A stretch of 64,000 bases of DNA from Macrostomum lignano. Lineage: Eukaryota. Where the stretch lies: positions 107,259-171,258 of the forward strand of contig NIVC01002472.1 of NCBI GenBank assembly GCA_002269645.1, read 5' to 3'. A program made the position numbers and the translations under genes. The notes under the pieces were generated by a model. The model was not told where the DNA came from. It was given only the letters and a program-made list of their open reading frames with translations, and did no database searches. Positions 36,001-51,000 of the stretch are shown in pieces; position 1 is the stretch's first letter; every line of letters starts with the position of its first letter.

Positions 36001-39000
36001 GCTGCTCACCGTAGCGTCTGGCCGAGTCCAGCTGCGGATTCTTGGCTGCCACAGCCGCTTGGAATTCGGCGTGACGCACCAGCTGTTCGTTGAGCGCCTG
36101 CGGCTCGCTGGATACGGCCTGATCGGCGTCCAGCGCTGCTGACTGGGTGCGAATCCATGCGGTGAGGTCGCGCCACATTGTTAAGAACTTGCTGGCCTCG
36201 CGGTGGCCAATGTCTAACTGGCGCGTGCGCTCTGCGGCGCGCGATACCAGCCGATCCCAGCGATGCTGAACGCTCGACAGCAAGTTTTTGATCAGGACAA
36301 CGTCTTGTTTTCGACTGAAATACTTCAGATGAGTTCCAGCACTCTCTAGTCGGTTGTGCGGTTCTCGCTGTCGTTTCAGGGCCGCCTTCAGCCGAGAATG
36401 AGCATCGATTTGAGCTTCCACAGTTTTTACAACGCGCGAAACTGGCTGCAAACCAGCCAGCTCGCGCTCCATTCCGGTAAGCCAGTTGATCATGCGAGTC
36501 AGATCGCCATGGAAATTCGTCACGGTGTTGGTGGCCTCCTCCAGCTGCTTGCGTCGCTCATCAGCGCGACGTTCTATCGCCGCCCAGCGCTTGTCCAACG
36601 CTGACAGGTCGCTTTGAAGTCGCAGACCTCCGGGACCGTCGGCCTGCGCTGCCAGCGCATCGCCGGCCTCGTGGGCGTCAGCTATGCGCCGGCGAAGCGC
36701 GGGAAATCCGGCAGTCAGCTCCTCGAACTTGGCCAGCTGCTGTTTGGCCGAGTCGGGCAGTCCGCCGATTGGCTCGGACGTTGCGAGCTGAGCGTCCAGG
36801 TTAGCAAGGTCCTGGGCCAGCTCCTGCACGTCCGCGTGGTAAGCTCGCGATTCTCGAAGCGCCTTCTCCAGACTGAGCTGCTTGTCGCGCGCTGCCGATA
36901 GCAGCTTGTCCCAGCGGTCCTTGAGGTCGTGCAGCTTTTCTCGCGTCTCACCAGCCGAAGCGTTGGCGTCCTTCGAGCGCAACAGCTGCTGGCCGCTTTC
37001 TTCGACTCTAGCCACTGAGTCGCCGTGCGAAGCCATGTCCAGATTAACAGTCTGGTGTTGCAAAAAAAGCGTTTTTGCTTTATTAAGAGTGTCACAACTT
37101 CATTTATAACCGTTAAGGTACAAAAAGGTAACAAAAAAACTCCTTGACAAAAAGGTATCCAACTCACCAAAGAATAAGTAGGAATACACGGGATCGCTTA
37201 ATAATTATTAGCGAGAAATTGATTTTGGACAGTAGAGTAAGTCCCTACTCGCAATTGTGTGAGATACAATGTTGGGCACTGATAATTGAATAGAACTTTA
37301 AACGATTTTGTCTGTTGGTGGGATGGTACCTCAGTGAGTAATACCCGGTGGTTAAATCCCACATTTACTGAAGTACACAAACATTTATAAGCTCTAAAAC
37401 ACCCGCAAAGCTCCTTGCACCAAATGGAAAGTAAAATTTTTTCTACTCAGAATTTTTTATACCTGAGCCAAAATGGTCTCCTTCATTGGATCGTATCTAG
37501 CAACATCCTTGATGACCAACTGATTAGTCAAATTAGGAAAAAGCAGGTAGCACGTACTGAAGGTGTGTTATTTCTTTTGATCCTATAAATAAATGACAGT
37601 AAAAATCATTCTGCAGTAAATGATTACCTTGTGCTTAGCCAGTTCCAGTTCAATCAGCCTAGGCTCTCCAATTGGCACCCGAATGGCATCCAGCGTGTTG
37701 TGCGTCTTGGCAATCCAGTTCAACAGGTGGTCGAGCGCGTGCTGGAACTCGCCGAGATTCAGCAGGCAGCTGGCCAGTCTGTGCTCCGAGTCGTTCAGGC
37801 CGTCCATGAATGCGTCCCAACGAGAGTTGGCCGCGTCCAGTGTCGCTTCAACGGTTTTTCGATCGTCTGGAGAAGCTTTCTGAGCGACGTCCAGTCCCAG
37901 TTGGTTGGCCCGCTCGATGGCTTCGCGCAGAGGACCAAGGCTTTCGCGGAACTCTGCAAGCTTCTGAGCTTGGTCTTTTACGCCGGTAGCGGACTCTGGC
38001 ACGGTGGCCAAATCTGATAGCTCAGCCTCTCGCTGCTCCATCAAGTCTAGGCAGGACTGCAACGCGTCCTGGAACTCGCAGGCTGCCGCGTATTGACTAT
38101 CCAACTCGCGTTGACGGTCCTGAAGGTCTTTAGCTAGACCGTCTGAGGTCTTCTTCAGATCTTCAACAGCGTTGCGCACGTCGGGCACCTCAGAGGAGCC
38201 GACACGCGATTCCAGCTTGTCACCCGTTTCCTTGACACCAACCAGTTCGCCCATAGCCTCGTTCAGGCCCTGTTGCAGTTCGGCGTTAGTAGCTTTCTGA
38301 TCGCGCAGGCAGTCGGGGCTGGCGGCGAGGTCCTGATTGGCTCGCAGCACAGAGCCGATGTTGTCCAGCTGCTCGGACAGCCTGGCTGTCTCCTCCCAGA
38401 AGGCCTCGGACACGGGCAGAGTGTCGCCGAGCCACTGTCCGCGCTGGTCAACGGAGTCCTTCAGGTCTTGCCACTCTTTCAACAGCTGGTCGACGCGATC
38501 GCGAACTGTGAATGTTTTGTTACAGTGTTTAGTTAGTGACAAGTTTTAAAAGGCTTAGATCCTTGATTGAGGATAAGGTCAGCAAAAATTTGGCAAGACG
38601 TCAAAACAGTTTGAATTGTCCGCGATTTTTATTAATCAATCACCATGGGTTTCAATTTGATTTCTAGTACTACATCCGTTTGTTTTCTGAGGGTTTGTTT
38701 TAAGAGCGATTGTTACCAAATGGCTATTATCGAATATTCTAATCGCGATGCAGAAGCACAATTAAGTGAGATAGAAGTTTAATAAATGAGGGTGGCACAA
38801 CAGATCGTGCATTTAATAAATATTTCTAGCTGTAAACAGACGACAAAATAAAACTGATGAATGACACTATTGAGTACACACGTTTGAATATTTTTGCTTT
38901 ACTTTTTATGTTTGACATTGTTTGCACTGTATTCAAACCTTATTTTCTAAACTTCAAATCCATATTCTTCAACATTTTTCACTTTAGAAAAAGACCCTAC

Positions 39001-42000
39001 AAGGGTTCACTTCACCAACAGTATAAATTGAAGGAAAAAGGAAAAGTAAAGCGGGTTTCCTACTTGAAATCGCGAATTTGCAGAATATTTGGATAATTAA
39101 GCGATGTCTCTCAAGATCAATAGATACGGATCTAAGTAGTATTTTCGCTATTAATCAAAAGATACGAGGAATTTTTGGCACAGTTTCGAAAAGAAACAAC
39201 ATCCAGTAACACCAGTACGACATTGAGGAGGAAGTCAGGTGCGCTGCCACCAATACAGCGCGGACGCAGATAAGGTGCTTCCGCAAATCACTTACTGTCG
39301 GTTACAGCTCTGTTGCGCTTCTCCTGCACGGCTGCTAAAAGCAAAGTTAGAAAATTGAGTATGACGGGTTGCCGTTTTTGAAAAGCTTTTTCGTGTCTGT
39401 TTTACGGCGTCAGAGACACAGGTATTCTGTATTTTTAAGGCTGTTGACAAGATTGTTTTGTAAACAGTAGAAAACACAGTTTACTCTCAGCAACAGTCAA
39501 CAGATTTCGAGCCTAACTCTCGTGTTTAAACCTGGGCAGAGTGTCGCAACTGATGCCACAGCCCCGCAGAGCGGTACAAGAACAGGGGACAAAGGTGAAT
39601 TACTCAGTGAGAAATTTACTCATAATAGTCGCCACAAGGTTGAGTAAATAGTTTCCCTAAACGTTAAAAAATACAATAAATATACAGACGCTAAAGACTT
39701 TTTCACAGTGAGATTCGTTGCAGAATTTAGGTCACAGTATTGATAAACATTCTTTTAGAAAACGTTAGATCCCGCATTCTGCGTCAGAGGAAGTCTCAGA
39801 CATGCATGGTTCATGTCTGAGAACCTATAGGCATTCCATTTCCTGCAGTTGTACCTACAAGTCTTATTCTGGTTTGAGTATGTCGGCAGTCTGCGCCAGC
39901 AGCTTGCGTTGACCTCCAGCTCGGCCAGCAGCTCGGTCCCGCACGGCGGTCAGAAGCGGCGAAGCTCTTGTCGCAAAGCTGTTCGCGCAGCTACACGTAG
40001 CGGCTATCGAGGTCGCGAGCTCGAGCCTGCGTAGTTGCAGCCTCGCCGGAGGACAGGAGGGCGCACAGAGCAGGAGAAGTTTTCTTAACTCGATCGACCA
40101 GGGCTTTCTTGTCGTCGACTTCTTCTTGAAGACGCTGTGTTTGGTAAAGCAAGGCGGTAGCTTTTTTAAGAGATGAGTTTATTTTTCAAGCGCTAAGTAT
40201 GGACAGGGTTAGTTAATAGGTTCGAATCAAAGTACACTATAGAGTTAAGACCCAATTCAGTTCATAAAGATAGCAGGTAAGCAGAATGAGCTGCGGAGAA
40301 TGTATAGTCATATTTTGTTGTGAAACAAAGGTCGAAAAAATCGATTGATTCGAAATGAAGTTACGTCAAATTTTATGAGGTGTTCTGATAATTGCCTAAC
40401 CTGTTGTGTGGAAAGTTGGTAAGAACAGAACAAACAAACAGACACAAATTTATGATAAATCAAAATTGTGCAGTTGGATTATTGATTCGTACCCCATGGG
40501 GTGTGCAGACATGCCATTGGATTCATGATTCGTGCTTGGTAAATTTTTTTTCTCATTTTTGTGTGAGAACTGATAAATTGAAAAAGCAATTATATTAACA
40601 GGCTAAAATGTTAATAACTTGATTGACCAACGAGTAAGCATCTTAATTGAGGTGATACCTTTCAATAATAAATAAGCTGTTTGCAAAGCATTAGAGTTGA
40701 CAGCTAATAAAAAGCTGATCAAAATTCTAAAATTCAAAAACTAATTTAAGAAGTAGTTACACCGGCAATAAAAAGCTGGAATAAGTTTGACTCAAAGATC
40801 TCAGACCATCGCCATAGAGAGATAGAGACAAAAAACATTACAAGTAATCGTCAACCAGCGATTTAGATGCAAAGCTAGAAAAGCTCTAGGGACAAATTTG
40901 CCCAGTGCAGCAATGCAGACTAAGAAGTACAGGCAGTTTTTCAGGAAATCCAGCACCTTGACTGCAGCAGTCCTTACCAAAATGTTGTCAGTCCACAGCT
41001 AAGTGAATTGAAGTGTAGCAAATTAAGGAGTCCAGTTATTCATTTGTTTTATATGAACTTCTTAAAGTCCAATTTATCATCGAAAAGTTAATTAAATTTA
41101 CTTTTAAGGCCGAATCTAAAGAAAATGACTTCTAGTGATCATTAGATACATCCTCTAACAGTCCTTGAAGTGTAATGCAAAGCAACGATGGAGGCTAAGA
41201 ACCAAGCCTTCTCATGAAGCTAGGTGTGAGTAATAATAAATAATTCTGTTTAACTGTGCTCCAATTTGCGCGTGATCTTGCAGGAGACAGGATCGAACTT
41301 ACGACCTGCGGCTAATTTGTTTCATACGTACATAGATCACATATTTGTTTCATACGTATGGTCACAAGCCCCTACAACAGTCCCAAAGATCATATGATAT
41401 TTGATCTATCTCAACCTTTAAAGGTTTGAAGTTCAAGCTTAACTAGCGTCAATAAAATATAAACAATAAACAACAATAAAAAAGTTATGATTCGGCCTCA
41501 ACTCTGATCGCACCTTGATACTTCAAAGAGTCAAGTCTTGGGACAAGTTCATAAAACACCCCCACTGCCCCCATCAGTGAGAATGCCACAGGCCTACCTT
41601 CGCGTCGCCTTGCAGACTGCGCAGCTGATCGGCATTCAGTCGACCGGCCGCAAATCTGCGAACCTCGCTTTCCTTTGCATCGAGCCAGGCCTCCAGCTGC
41701 TCAGCGGCATCCCGCAGCTCCTCGCCCAGCGGCCCGACCTCTTCCAGTTTTCGGCGCCGGTCTCCAGTCAGCCGCGTCAAATCAGCGTCCGCTTTTCGCG
41801 CCGCCTCCATCGCGTCGGCGAGCCGGTTTGCGCCGCCCGGCTGCGGCGGCCGCGCCAGCAGCAGCTCGCGTCCGGTCTGAAGCGCCGGCGTCAGCTCATC
41901 AGCCGTGGCCCGACGGTGGTCGGCCTCCAACGCGGCCAGGGCGGCTTCCTGACGGCGCAGACCGGCAGGATCAGCAGTGGGCGGTGCCTCCCCGGCCAGG

Positions 42001-45000
42001 GCGCGCTCTCGGGAGCGCATCCAGTCCTCGAGTCGTTCCAGTCGGTTGGCTGTCGCCGCCTCGCCTTTAGAATCGCCGTCGCCGACGCCATCACCGAGTG
42101 TCGAAGTCGGCGCCACCAGCCCGGCGCCCTGCATTGCGTGCTGAACTCGAGTCATGTCGCGCTCTACCAGCCGCTCAACCAGCTCGGCCTGCCGGCTGGC
42201 TCCGTCACCTTCGTCTTCGATTTCGGCGACTCCGCCGACTCCGCCAAGGATAGCGGCGAGTTCATCGCCCTGCTGCTGAACGGCCTCAGCTAGCGGGCCG
42301 AGACGGTCCACCCGATTGGAGGCTGGGGCTCGGCGAGCACGAAGATCGGCCTCTAGCGGGGTCAATGCCGAGTCAAGCTGGGAGTGCGCCGCAGTGAGGC
42401 GCTCGGCTGGGTCCAGAGCCGCCTCGAGTAGGTCCAGTTTGGCGTCTGCTTTCTGCTTGAGCTGCTGGTAGTACTCAGACACGGCCGCTACTCTCTGTTG
42501 CAAAGCCAGCGACTCCTCTGGCCCGCTGCCGGTGGACTGGGCGAGAGCATCGGCATCCTTCAGCAGCTGGTCCATGTCCTGCTGCCGCTGGGCCAGCTCC
42601 GCTGCCAGTTGCTGAGGGGATTTAGAAAATTCGAGGTGGTGGCTTATGTCAGGTTCCGCTTGAATCTGACTTTGAAAGATCTAGAATTTCAATTAAATTT
42701 CGCAGCCGATATTGTTGGCTTAATAATGGCTTAAAAATATGACGCTGATTACGTGTTGAGTTGTTAATTGGCAATAAATGCTGCACTCAATAGAATCAAC
42801 CAGTTAAAAAAAACAGAACGTAAGACGCCGGAAGGGCCAGTTGCTATCTGCACGAATTCAATGTCGAATTTTGCGATGACACGTAGGTCGTAAGGCCCAT
42901 CCAGCGCTTAACTATCTGTGTCGGAAACAATCGAACAATCAAAGTTAGGCAATAAAACAAAAGCATTTGAATTTTGGTTTGTTAAGATTAAGCGGCAAGT
43001 TAAAAAATTAAATGATGCAACGCCAACACAAGTTAACGGCGAATTGCTAGAAATTAGCTCATTAGCGCGAACTGTTGCTGCTACTGCTGCTGGCTTTACC
43101 CTCAGACTGGCCACTGTGGCTCGGTCCTCTGGAACTGACTGCATCTGCAGGTAGGCCGACTCCAGCTGGCTGTCAGCCAAGCACAGCCACTCCGACAAGC
43201 TGTTGCCCAGCTCTATGAAGTTCCTCAAGTCGTCGGCCGCTTGGAATAGCGACTCCATTTTTTCTTGCACCGCTGCTCGAAGTCCGTTGAGCTGCTGTTC
43301 AGCGTCCGACAGCTCCTGCATCACTGCTCGACTATCGTGTTTGCCAACTAAGTCGGCGAGCTGCCGGCCAGACAGTTCGGCTTTGCGCAGCTGAGGCTGC
43401 AACTCGGCGAGGCTGCCAACTATGGCCTGGGGTTGGCGGCGCATCGTGCAAGCGATTGGTTGGGTTCGGCTACTGACATGCAGACCAGTGAGAGTATATA
43501 AAAGGCCCCGGCACCAGGAACAAATTGAAGACTTCATCTATACCGTACCGGTATTCTAACAAACGTATTGCAAACAACACCAAAAGCGAAATGGTGAATT
43601 TTAACTGTATAATACCAGATTACTTGCACTGGGATATAGTTGAAATTTCCATGGGAGGATGCTGTGCAATGAACATAATCAGCTCCGAGTAATCATTACT
43701 TTACTCACGGCAAAGGTTGCAGTAAATCCAGATAAAGAACCTCACGACTTACCTTGTGCTCCTCAATCTGTCTGCTGGTGTCGTCCGGGTCCGTGGAGCC
43801 TCCGCCTAGGCCGGCCACCCGCTTCTTGCAGGCGTCCATGGCGGCCAACAGCGGGTCGAGACGCGCTCGGAAATCTGCCGCCGCCTCCTGCGCACGCCGC
43901 AGCTTCTCTCGCCGGTCCAGTGCAGCCGCCTTTACCGCGTCGAAGCGTTTCTTGAGACTGGCCGCTTCAGCAGCAGAGCTCGGGTCTGATGCCGCAGAGC
44001 GAGCAAGCTCGGACAGAAGAGGCTCCCTTTCGGCCAGGCTCGCCAGGAAAGATGCCTGATTCTCCAGCTGCTGGGCCGCTCGGTCCGCATCGCATGACGG
44101 CTCCTCGGCCGCTCGCTGCGCCGCTTCCGTTTCGTCAAGCCACTCTCGCCAGGCGCCGAGCGCGTCGTCGACTCTTCCGGAGCCGGCCGCCGTAGCGTCC
44201 GCTTCGCGCGATCGCTTCTCCAACTCAGCCTGCAGCTGGCGAGCGGCGGCCTGGACTGCGTCGAGTTCACCGTTCAGCCGGGCTGCCGGTAGTGACGGCG
44301 GCGCCGAGCGAAGCAGCGCGCGGCCCTCTGCTGTGGCAGCGTCGGCCTCGCGTTCCAGGCCGGCCATCCGACCTCGACGGAACTCAGCTAGCTGGGCGTC
44401 TGGCGTGGCCGCTAGCTCAGATTGGGCAGCAACGACACCAGACGTCACTTCGGCCAGCCGCGTGGCCAGAGCGTCCAAATCATCCAGGCGCTGCTGCAGC
44501 TCCTGCTGTCGGTCGCCAGCTCGCCGGCCGGCGCGTCTCGCCCGCTCGGCCATTCGCTGCAGTCGCTGGGCGATCTTGTCGCCGGCTGGTCCACCGGCAG
44601 CTGCGGCGGCGTCGGATAGAGCTTCCAACTCCGAGGCCAAGCCGGACAGCCGATTTCCAGCTGACTTGGCATCATCCAGCTGATCGCGGACGGTGTCTGG
44701 GTCTAGCGAGGCGGCTGGCATGCCGTCGAGTCGAGCTTCAGCAGATTCAAGCTCGGCGGTGAGCTGACTGGCTCGGGCGCGGAGTTCTTCAGGAACTGCT
44801 GGGGCGGAGGCGTCTTCCACAGCGCCACTGGTTGCTGATCCGGTTGGAACAGAAGAAGGGGCAACTGCTGCGGCTCCACCAGGCTGCTTCTGTTGTGGCC
44901 TCAAGCGACCGGCCAGGGATTCAAGTTTTTCCGCCAGCTCCGTCGCCCGGATTCTGTCATCCGCCACTCGGCCAGCCAAATCTGCTGCCGCAGCGCGCTG

Positions 45001-48000
45001 GGCGGCCGGCTCCGAGGTGGAGGCGGCTTCAGCGGCTGACGTCAGGTCGGCGACCAATCCAACGAGCTCGTCGATGTCCAACTGCTTTCGGTCCAGTTCC
45101 GCCAGCAGCTGGCGGGTTTCCATGGCGTGGCGGCCTGCCGTCTGTAATATTGCAGAAATATTTTTTCAATGCAAATGGTCTTTTTCAATGTCTTGGAAAC
45201 GCGAAAGTAGCTGCTAATTCTCACCTGTTCATCAGCAATGCTACTCAAATCGATGGCTTCCTTAGCGCCAAGCTTCATCTCCTCTAGCTGTAGCCAGGCT
45301 CCGAGTCGTTTGGACCTATCAGCGCATTTTGACACCAGATCGCCTAGGCGAGACAGCTGGCCTTGTCTGGCGTCGAGGGCTGTCTCTAGTGCTGCCAGAC
45401 TCTCTTGGGCCGCCTCTACCGACTGTTTTATCGGCGAATCCTTAGCCTCAGACAGGTGGGGGTCAATCAGGTCTCGCAGTTCGGCTCCGTGCCAGTGCAG
45501 CTCGCCTGCCAGCTTTGCCGCTGCTTTCAGTTGAGCAGAAATCTGTGAAATTATTTTTTAATTGATGCAGAAATTACTGTCAAATGTGAAACTTTTGCAA
45601 ATATGTGATTCCCTTAATAAGATTAACATAAACAGAATACTAGTAATCTGTTAAATAACATTCATACCTTTTCTTCATCTGGTTCCGGTAGTTTTTCGTT
45701 ATCCAGCTTTTTATGCGCCTCGTCGGCCCATTGTTTGACGCGGGCAGCCCGCTGGGACGCCAAGGCCTCGCTCTGACCGGCTTGCAGCCGACGCTGCTCC
45801 GCATCGTCCAGCTTGGCCCGCAGGTCGCGGAGCCGGCGCTCCAGGCTGGCCACTTTGTTTTTGAGGTCGAACTGAACCGACGGATCGCCGGCAGCGTCGC
45901 ACAGAAGTTTGCACAGCTCGCCAGCTCGGTCCAGATCGGTTCGAACTCCCGGTATCAGGGCCGCGATTACTGCGTTAGTCTTATCCTGGCTGCCGGCATC
46001 TCCGGGAGATTCCAGCTGCGCTAGTCGATCGCTCAGGTCGTTGACAAGAGCGTAGAATTCGGCTGTCGGGCCGCTCAGCTGGTTCAGAGCCGATTCGCGC
46101 TCGTCGAGACGCCGACGGAGGTCGTCAACACCGGCCTCGGCGGCCTCCATGGCTGTTCGGACGTCGCTGGCGGATGCGCTGTGCTCCGGCAGGCGTTGCA
46201 GCAGCGAGTCGCAGACGGCGCGCAGCTGCTCAACAGCCGGGATCTTGGACTCGAGCTCCTCTTGCAGCACGCTGACCTGCTGCAGCTGGGCGGCTGCGAG
46301 TCCCGGCGTGGTGACCAACGGACCGAGCACGCTGACCATCTTGGCCTTCTGGCCCAGCCACTTCGCCAAGGCGCGCTCGTCGCGTGCGAACGCTTCCAGC
46401 TGCTGACCCAGCGTGCGCAGACTGGCCTGCCGGCTGAGTGACAGCTCCTGACAATTGAATACAGCGTGGGAAACAATACTTTTTAATGAATACTAGAGGC
46501 ATCAGGTTTGAAAATGAAATCGGTGTGTCATAGTGTCTTTTTATTGTATAGCATCTTGTTTTTTAACCCTCGCTCACAACACTTTTCAAAAAGCAATCAA
46601 AATGTGTTTCATTATTGGTCAGCTTGATATATCTTCAGTGACTGTCTTAGTAGCTACCCTAAATCCGTTTTATTCTCTATTTTTATATTCGAAAATAAAT
46701 CATTTTGCGCTTTTATAGCAATAGCTCGTAAAACACTGATAATTCTTCTTAGAGCTAGCTTAGAGGCTTAACCGCTTTGACTCCGCACCTTCAGATCCGA
46801 GAGTCGTCTCTCCAGCTGCTTGACCGAGTCGCGCAGTTCAGCGGCACCGGTGGCCAGATCGCGACCTTTGAGCAGCGCCTCGGCCTGACCGCGGATGGCG
46901 TCGAGTCGCGGCTCGAGTCCCTCCAGCGACCGGTGAAACTCGGCCACGGCGCGCAGCTGCTCTGAAGCATCGGCTTCGCTGCCCGGCGAGGCCTTCAGCA
47001 GGTCGGCGGAATCCGCGGACAGGTCGTCAAGTCGACGCGAGGCTTCACTGTGGGCGGCTCGGTAGCGGCCCAGCCGGTCGCGGGTGTCCTCGATGCTGGA
47101 CAGTCGGTCGGCAAGTTTCTCGCCGAGGACAGCGAATCGAGTCTGGAAGTCCTCCAATTCCTGGGCGATGTCGGAGAGCTCTGCGGGAACAACGTTTATA
47201 AATATTTAAATAAAGTCGTCGAAGAACGAAATCAACTTGATTAAAAATACCGACAACAGAAGAATACATAACGCGGTTAATACTAATAAAAAGTATAAGG
47301 AAAAATATGTTTCTCAAAGGAAAAATGTTTACGAAAACTAATACCAAATCGCCACACAGTCAAGGCTGTAGGCATACGCTCTTAGTATGACACGACGACA
47401 CCAAGATAAAGAAAGAAACTGTATGCATTGTGCTTAAAAGACAAAGCGATATCGGGTGCTTGAAATGAAAGGCCGTCTAGAAGGGTTTACCTTGCAGATA
47501 GGCAGTGTGGTCTACGCTGCAGACACCGCTCGATTCAGAGCTCGAGAGTGGGCTGAGCGGAGACCGCAGCTGGGGTGGTCTAAGTGCGCCTGGAAAAATC
47601 ATTTATTCAGCAAACTCCAGTCACTAATAGATCAGTTTGTAAAGTGAATGAAATTTAACGAATGAGCTACAAAGTCACGAGGTCTTTGTAACAAATTCAA
47701 AAAATATTTTGTTATGATCTGCAGCATTTTAAATACAGTGGTGGTTATTAAGCCTATGGTAAAGCGTAAAAATTCATAAATATTGCTAACAAACATCGCT
47801 CAGAAATTTTGGATTGCTCTGAAATTTAACTGTTTCATTCCTGACGACGGAAAGTTCACAGCAACCAAAACACTCACGGGCTCGCCTCGGACTGCCCCTG
47901 GCCAGATCGGGCGTCGAGGCCGCTGATGTTCCCTGAACCAGTGCATCGTACGCGTGGCCCAGATCGATGAACCGCTCTGCAGCGGATTGGAAGTCCTCCC

Positions 48001-51000
48001 GTTCTTTGGCGAGCTCTCGAGTCTCGGCTTCCTGCTTGGAAAGGCTGGCCTCCTCAAGGCAAACTGAATCCATCAGGCGGAGTCGACCTTCTGCCCTGAC
48101 CAACCAGTCGTGGGCTTCCTTCTTCACTTTGTTGTAGTCGTGGGCGTGAGCTTGGCGGGACAGCAGATCCTTGCCTCGCGCTTCTAAGGCGGCGTTTAGC
48201 TCCTGCCAGAGACGCTCCAGCTCCTGCCAGGTCTCGGCTGGGTAATTCTAGAGTTATTTAAGTTGAATAAAACTAATGAAAAAATGCTTCTTGAAGAAAG
48301 TATATAATTAAAAAAATGAACGAAACTCCGCGTTATACCTGATCAGCGCACTGCTGCAGCAGCTGGAGACTAGACCTCAGAGACTTGATTTCGGCCATTT
48401 GACTTGCTTCGAATTCGTCTCGCGACTGATCCATCTCCTTCAGACGTTCTTCCAGTCGTTCGTCATCGAGTTTAGCAAAAGCTCGAGACGCCAGACTACT
48501 AAGCTGATCGCCAAGCCACAAGTTGGCGGCGTTGGCAGCGGTTTGAAAGGCTGTCACCTTGGTGCGAACCTCTTCGATTTCGGCTCTTCTGGCGTCGATT
48601 TGACTGCTGACGCTCTCAAACAGCTCGGCGCAGGATTGCAGCTTTGCGTCTACCTGCCTGTGAGTGGGGTCCGATTCGGACATGGCGGCAAGGCTCTCGC
48701 TGGCTTGCTCGAGCGAAGTACGCCGGCACTGCAGGTCAGCGTCAAGCACCTTAATCTGACGGCTCTGCTCCTCAAGTAGCTCTGGGCGCAGGCTAACAGA
48801 CCGCATGGCCAAAAGTTTCCTATTGGTACCGTCTAGCCACTGTCTTAAACCATTTAGAGTGTCCAGAAGGCTTCCAGCTGCCAGCGCCTGCTGCTGCAGT
48901 CGGCCACTAAGATCTGCGCAGCGGCTTTTCAGTTCCTCATGACGAGCGGCAGCCGCTTCGGCCTGCCGCTGCTGCTCAGTCTTAGCCTCCGGTGACGCGG
49001 CATTCTCAAGAGCTGATGCTGCGAGTGCCGCGGAAGCGGCTCGCAATTTTTCGATGCTTCCATCGAGTGAGAACAGATCTGCACTGAGGCCCTGGGCCTT
49101 GTCAGCTAACGCGTTGAGCTGAATGTCGCTTGTCGGTTGCTGTCCCTCGAGCTTCGCCAGCTGCGATTCAGTCGCGCACAACTGCGAATCGGTTTGGCGC
49201 AACAGTTCAGCGAACTCGCGTCTCTGATTGGCCGCTGCGTTGAGCCGCTGCATCAGGTCGCGGCAGCGGACAGCCAGCGACTCCTGACGATCGGAAGCCG
49301 CACCGGCAGCCTTTCGAATGTCGGTCTCACAGGAACCGGAGGCGCCCGTGAATTCGCGATGCCGTGCAGAAGCGAACGCCTCCTGTGTCTGGTCGGTGGC
49401 GCGCAGGCAGTGTATGAGCTTGTGGCCAGCGGACGAGAGCGCCTTCAGGTCGCCTTGGTGGGCGCTCAGCTCGCCTTCGAAGGCCCTCAGCTCGTTTATT
49501 AAACTCTGCAGTTCGGCTGGGTCAGTCAGTGCAGCTGCGACTGTTGCCGCCTGTTCTGATGACTGAGACGCGCTTTCAATTTCCGACAAGCGCCTGTCAA
49601 TGCGATCTTGCCAAGTCTGTAAGAAACGAAAGCAAAGTTGATATTAGTTGTGTAATATTTTTTTAAATACTGACGTATTGACGTATTTATTGTTAAGGCC
49701 GCTGACCTGCGCAGTTTGCAATCGATCATTGAAGTGCTCGAGCGCATCTTGCACCGACGTCAGCTGTCGGATGCGCGCGTCCGCTTCGCGTCTCAACTGT
49801 TCAAGTTTGCTGCGCGAGGCCGCCGTCTTTGTTGAAAGCGTTTCCTTCTGCTCGGACGCGAGACTGTCTGGACATTTCTGCACTAGGTTCTCCGTCTGGT
49901 AGTACAGAGTGAGCAGCGGCGACTGCCGTGCCAGCAGCTCGTTGTTGATATCCTGAAATTTGGACGAATTGAGAAGACTGGTCAGACCATTGTTAGGAGG
50001 ACAGTTTCAAGAAAAAACTTAAAAATCAAACTAATATACCTGATGCCCTTCGAGCAGCTTCGTGTCGTTCTGCTCGTCCAGATTAGCCGGGCCCTGGGCC
50101 AGCAGCCAGTCCTCGATTCCATCCAACGAATGAAGCTCCTTTTCGAGATCTTTCAGCAGATCTTCGGCCATCTTCTTGGCGTCAATCTAAGGATTGAAGA
50201 TGAGCGGAGCGATCGGTCAGTGAGGTGCCAGTCGCCCCCTGTGGGGAGAAAACTTCAGCCAACACCGATCAGCGAAGGGTTTGAACTGATAGGAACGTTT
50301 AAACAGCAAAAATTCCAAGGTCTAAAGCTAAGAAGCAAATAGTAAGGAATTAATAGGCAAAAACGAGAGAAGCGTAGAAATTTGCATGGCCAAAATAAAA
50401 TCGAGTCGTCGGAAGCAAAATACCAATACCAATAGAATTACAGATATCAATTAATTTTCGCGCGTCGAAATATCCCGTCGTAGCAGTTCGACTTTCCAGT
50501 TTGATTCGGTCGCGTCTCGAACAGGCACCACACATAAATTAGCAAGGAACACCTCAACCAGTCCTAAATCATTAATCGAATTCATCAAGCATTTCTTTCA
50601 GACCATTCACCAAACAGGATTTTAGAACTTTTCAAATCACGTACTTCGTTCAAATGATCCACGCGCCAGATGATCACCGACTATGGCGAGAAAGCAGAGA
50701 GAAATTTGACACTTTTTACTGCATCATTTTAATTGAAACTACGGGAATAAAATCAATAAAGCATTTTTATATTTCTTCATCTAATGAAAGACATACTGCC
50801 AAATCTATGTCCCTTCATAAAATCATTTTAAGATCCTGATCTACCCTAAGGGCATCTCTGGGCTCTATAGCTCAGGTGTGGCAACTTCAAAATAGCAAGA
50901 AGCAGTTTTGCTGCTCCTTAAATCACCTAATCAAAGGAAACCGTAACCGATTAAAAAGCAAAATTGAAAGTAGAGAAATTTGCGCAGAGCACTATGCAAG

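Noticed and set aside
41538-46502. Plus-strand and alternative-frame ORFs of 60-250 aa
   Set aside because: Shadows of GC-rich spectraplakin exons; no independent start, splice or domain evidence.
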